Of a DNA stretch of 64,000 nt, positions 62,772 to 64,000 are shown in pieces. The translations under genes and the position numbers were made by a program. Under the pieces are notes generated by a model. It was given only the letters and a program-made list of their open reading frames with translations. It was not told the origin of the DNA and searched no databases. The number at the start of each line of letters is the position of its first letter. Positions within the stretch are counted from its first letter, which is position 1. The DNA is from an uncultured Dehalococcoidia bacterium (GTDB lineage Bacteria > Chloroflexota > Dehalococcoidia > DSTF01 > JACRBR01), in assembly GCA_964599885.1 (NCBI GenBank), contig CAZRHH010000008.1, forward strand, positions 22,599 through 86,598. The letters run 5' to 3'.

Positions 62772-63007
62772 CTGTTATTGCGTCGGACAGGACGTCTAAA
62801 AAATGGTTCCTTTAGTTGGTCACCACGCGGACGCCGACCAGACGGTCGCGGGCGGCGTCACGTACACCTACGACAACAACGGCCATCAGACGGTAATCCA
62901 CCAAACATTACGTCGACCAACCGCACCCCCGCCCGCCGTTTCGCGTCCCAACAACCTCCCCTATACTGTCACCATCCCCGGTACCAGCAGACACGTTCGG
63001 AGCCCGC

Positions 63008-64000
63008 ATGCCGACCGAGGTTCTCTATCGCAAATGGCGCCCGCAGCGCTTCGCCGACGTCTCCGGTCAGGAGATCGTCAAGCGCACGCTGCTGAACGCG
63101 CTCGCGGGCGGCAAGGTGTCGCACGCCTACCTCTTCTCCGGGCCGCGCGGCACCGGCAAGACGACGATGGGTCGCCTGCTCACCAAAGCGATCAACTGCG
63201 AGACCATCATTGCCGCGGCGCGCGCCGGCGCGTCGAGCGACGACGGCGGCGGCGAGCCCTGCAACGAGTGCGCATCGTGCGTCGCGTTCAACGAAGGACG
63301 CGCGCTCGATCTCGTCGAGCTTGATGGCGCCAGCAACCGCGGCATCGACGACATCCGCGAACTGCGCGAAAAAGTCGGCTACGCGCCGATGGGCGGCGAG
63401 ACCGCGCACAAGGTCTACCTGATCGACGAAGTGCACATGCTGACGGACGCGGCCTTTAACGCGCTGCTCAAGACGATCGAGGAGCCGCCGCCGCACATCG
63501 TCTTCATTCTCGCGACGACCGACGCGCACAAGGTGCCGGCGACGATCGTCTCGCGCTGCCAGCGGCAGGAGTTCAAGCGCATCCCGCTCGCCGCGATCGT
63601 CGACCGCCTCGCCGTGATCGCCGCGGCGGAGGGCATCGACGTGCCGCGCGATGGTCTCGAGCTGATCGCCCGCAACGCCACCGGCAGCCTGCGCGACGCG
63701 ATCAACTTGCTCGAACAGATCTGCGACTCGTACGGCAAGGACGCCTCGCTCGAAGCCGTCCGCGAAGGCCTCGGCCTGGTCACCGACGAGCGCGCCGCAT
63801 TCGTCGTCGCCGACGCGCTTCGTGGCGATCTCGCCGCCGCGTTGACATCGATCGCCGCGGTCCGCGACGACGGCCACGACCTCAAGCGCTTCCAGAAGGA
63901 CGTCGTCAACCACCTGCGCGATCTCCTGCTTGTGCAGGCGGGCGCTGCCGGCGACAACGTGCTCACGCCCGAACAGGTCGCCGAGATGAAGGCCAGCATC
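63008..64000 (+). CDS. dnaX: DNA polymerase III subunit gamma/tau, 5' part (3' end beyond window)
   Basis: Not in the ORF track (no in-window stop). Hand translation from ATG 63008 gives MPTEVLYRKWRPQRFADVSGQEIVKRTLLNALAGGKVSHAYLFSGPRGTGKTT.. followed by a Cys4 cluster and VYLIDEVHML. The listed 62969..63913 - ORF is antisense shadow. Confidence 0.95.
   Translation, partial: MPTEVLYRKWRPQRFADVSGQEIVKRTLLNALAGGKVSHAYLFSGPRGTGKTTMGRLLTKAINCETIIAAARAGASSDDGGGEPCNECASCVAFNEGRALDLVELDGASNRGIDDIRELREKVGYAPMGGETAHKVYLIDEVHMLTDAAFNALLKTIEEPPPHIVFILATTDAHKVPATIVSRCQRQEFKRIPLAAIVDRLAVIAAAEGIDVPRDGLELIARNATGSLRDAINLLEQICDSYGKDASLEAVREGLGLVTDERAAFVVADALRGDLAAALTSIAAVRDDGHDLKRFQKDVVNHLRDLLLVQAGAAGDNVLTPEQVAEMKASI

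Noticed and set aside
62900-63007. SRP RNA (ffs/scRNA), which often lies immediately upstream of dnaX.
   Set aside because: I found no GGUGCU...AGGUCAGGUCCGGAAGGAAGCAGC-like domain IV motif on either strand. The segment looks like a promoter (TATACT) plus a short leader.
62803-63324. The 173-aa ORF as a real gene upstream of or overlapping dnaX.
   Set aside because: After the first 30 aa or so it becomes Pro/Arg-rich low complexity and runs through the dnaX start in another frame. Only the short YD-like segment is noted as a possible relic.

Overview
High-GC bacterial chromosomal segment (hand counts on sample lines give about 65-68 % GC). It is gene-dense: about 60 protein genes and one tRNA. 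I saw no rRNA, CRISPR array, transposase, integrase or phage structural gene.

Most of the window is housekeeping:
- DNA topology and uptake: topA, dprA, comEC, and the 5' part of dnaX.
- Envelope: glmU, mltG, plsY, and a GT-C-like membrane glycosyltransferase.
- Translation and RNA: alaS, rph, a DEAD-box helicase, a cold-shock protein, tRNA-Gly(UCC).
- Shikimate: aroE, aroC.
- Arginine: argG, argH.
- Also rpe, mgtE, a split ADP-forming acyl-CoA synthetase, several CoA-dependent enzymes, two HIT proteins, and assorted hydrolases and lipoproteins.

The alaS-ruvX-mltG-aroE order, GGAGG-type ribosome-binding sites and frequent ATGA/GTGA start-stop overlaps fit a Terrabacteria-type genome (Chloroflexota, Actinobacteria or Firmicutes-like). 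I cannot assign a taxon from sequence alone. Many long ORFs in the supplied track are Arg/Asp/His-rich antisense shadows of real genes. Many real genes are listed with spurious N-terminal extensions, so I re-set their starts by motif position, RBS and overlap logic.

I did not find a convincing multi-gene novel defence or mobile system. The items I consider most worth a second look are:
1. A dispersed family of tandem heptanucleotide arrays (GGGAAGC, CGGAGGT, TTGGTGT) found only in spacers, some with G-quadruplex potential.
2. A REP-like hairpin family with a conserved CTAC tail.
3. A low-GC islet just upstream of dnaX. It holds two unannotated tandem paralogous 2-TM mini-ORFs (52 and 59 aa, just under the ORF-track cutoff) and a YD-repeat relic.
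4. A HAD-phosphatase/HerA-like ATPase fusion.
5. A secreted cohesin-like / polyproline / degenerate SNase-like protein transcribed divergently from dprA.
6. A low-GC orphan gene after rph.
7. A translationally coupled plsY-thioesterase-degV-flavoprotein operon.

All homology calls are by-eye motif recognition. No database search was run.
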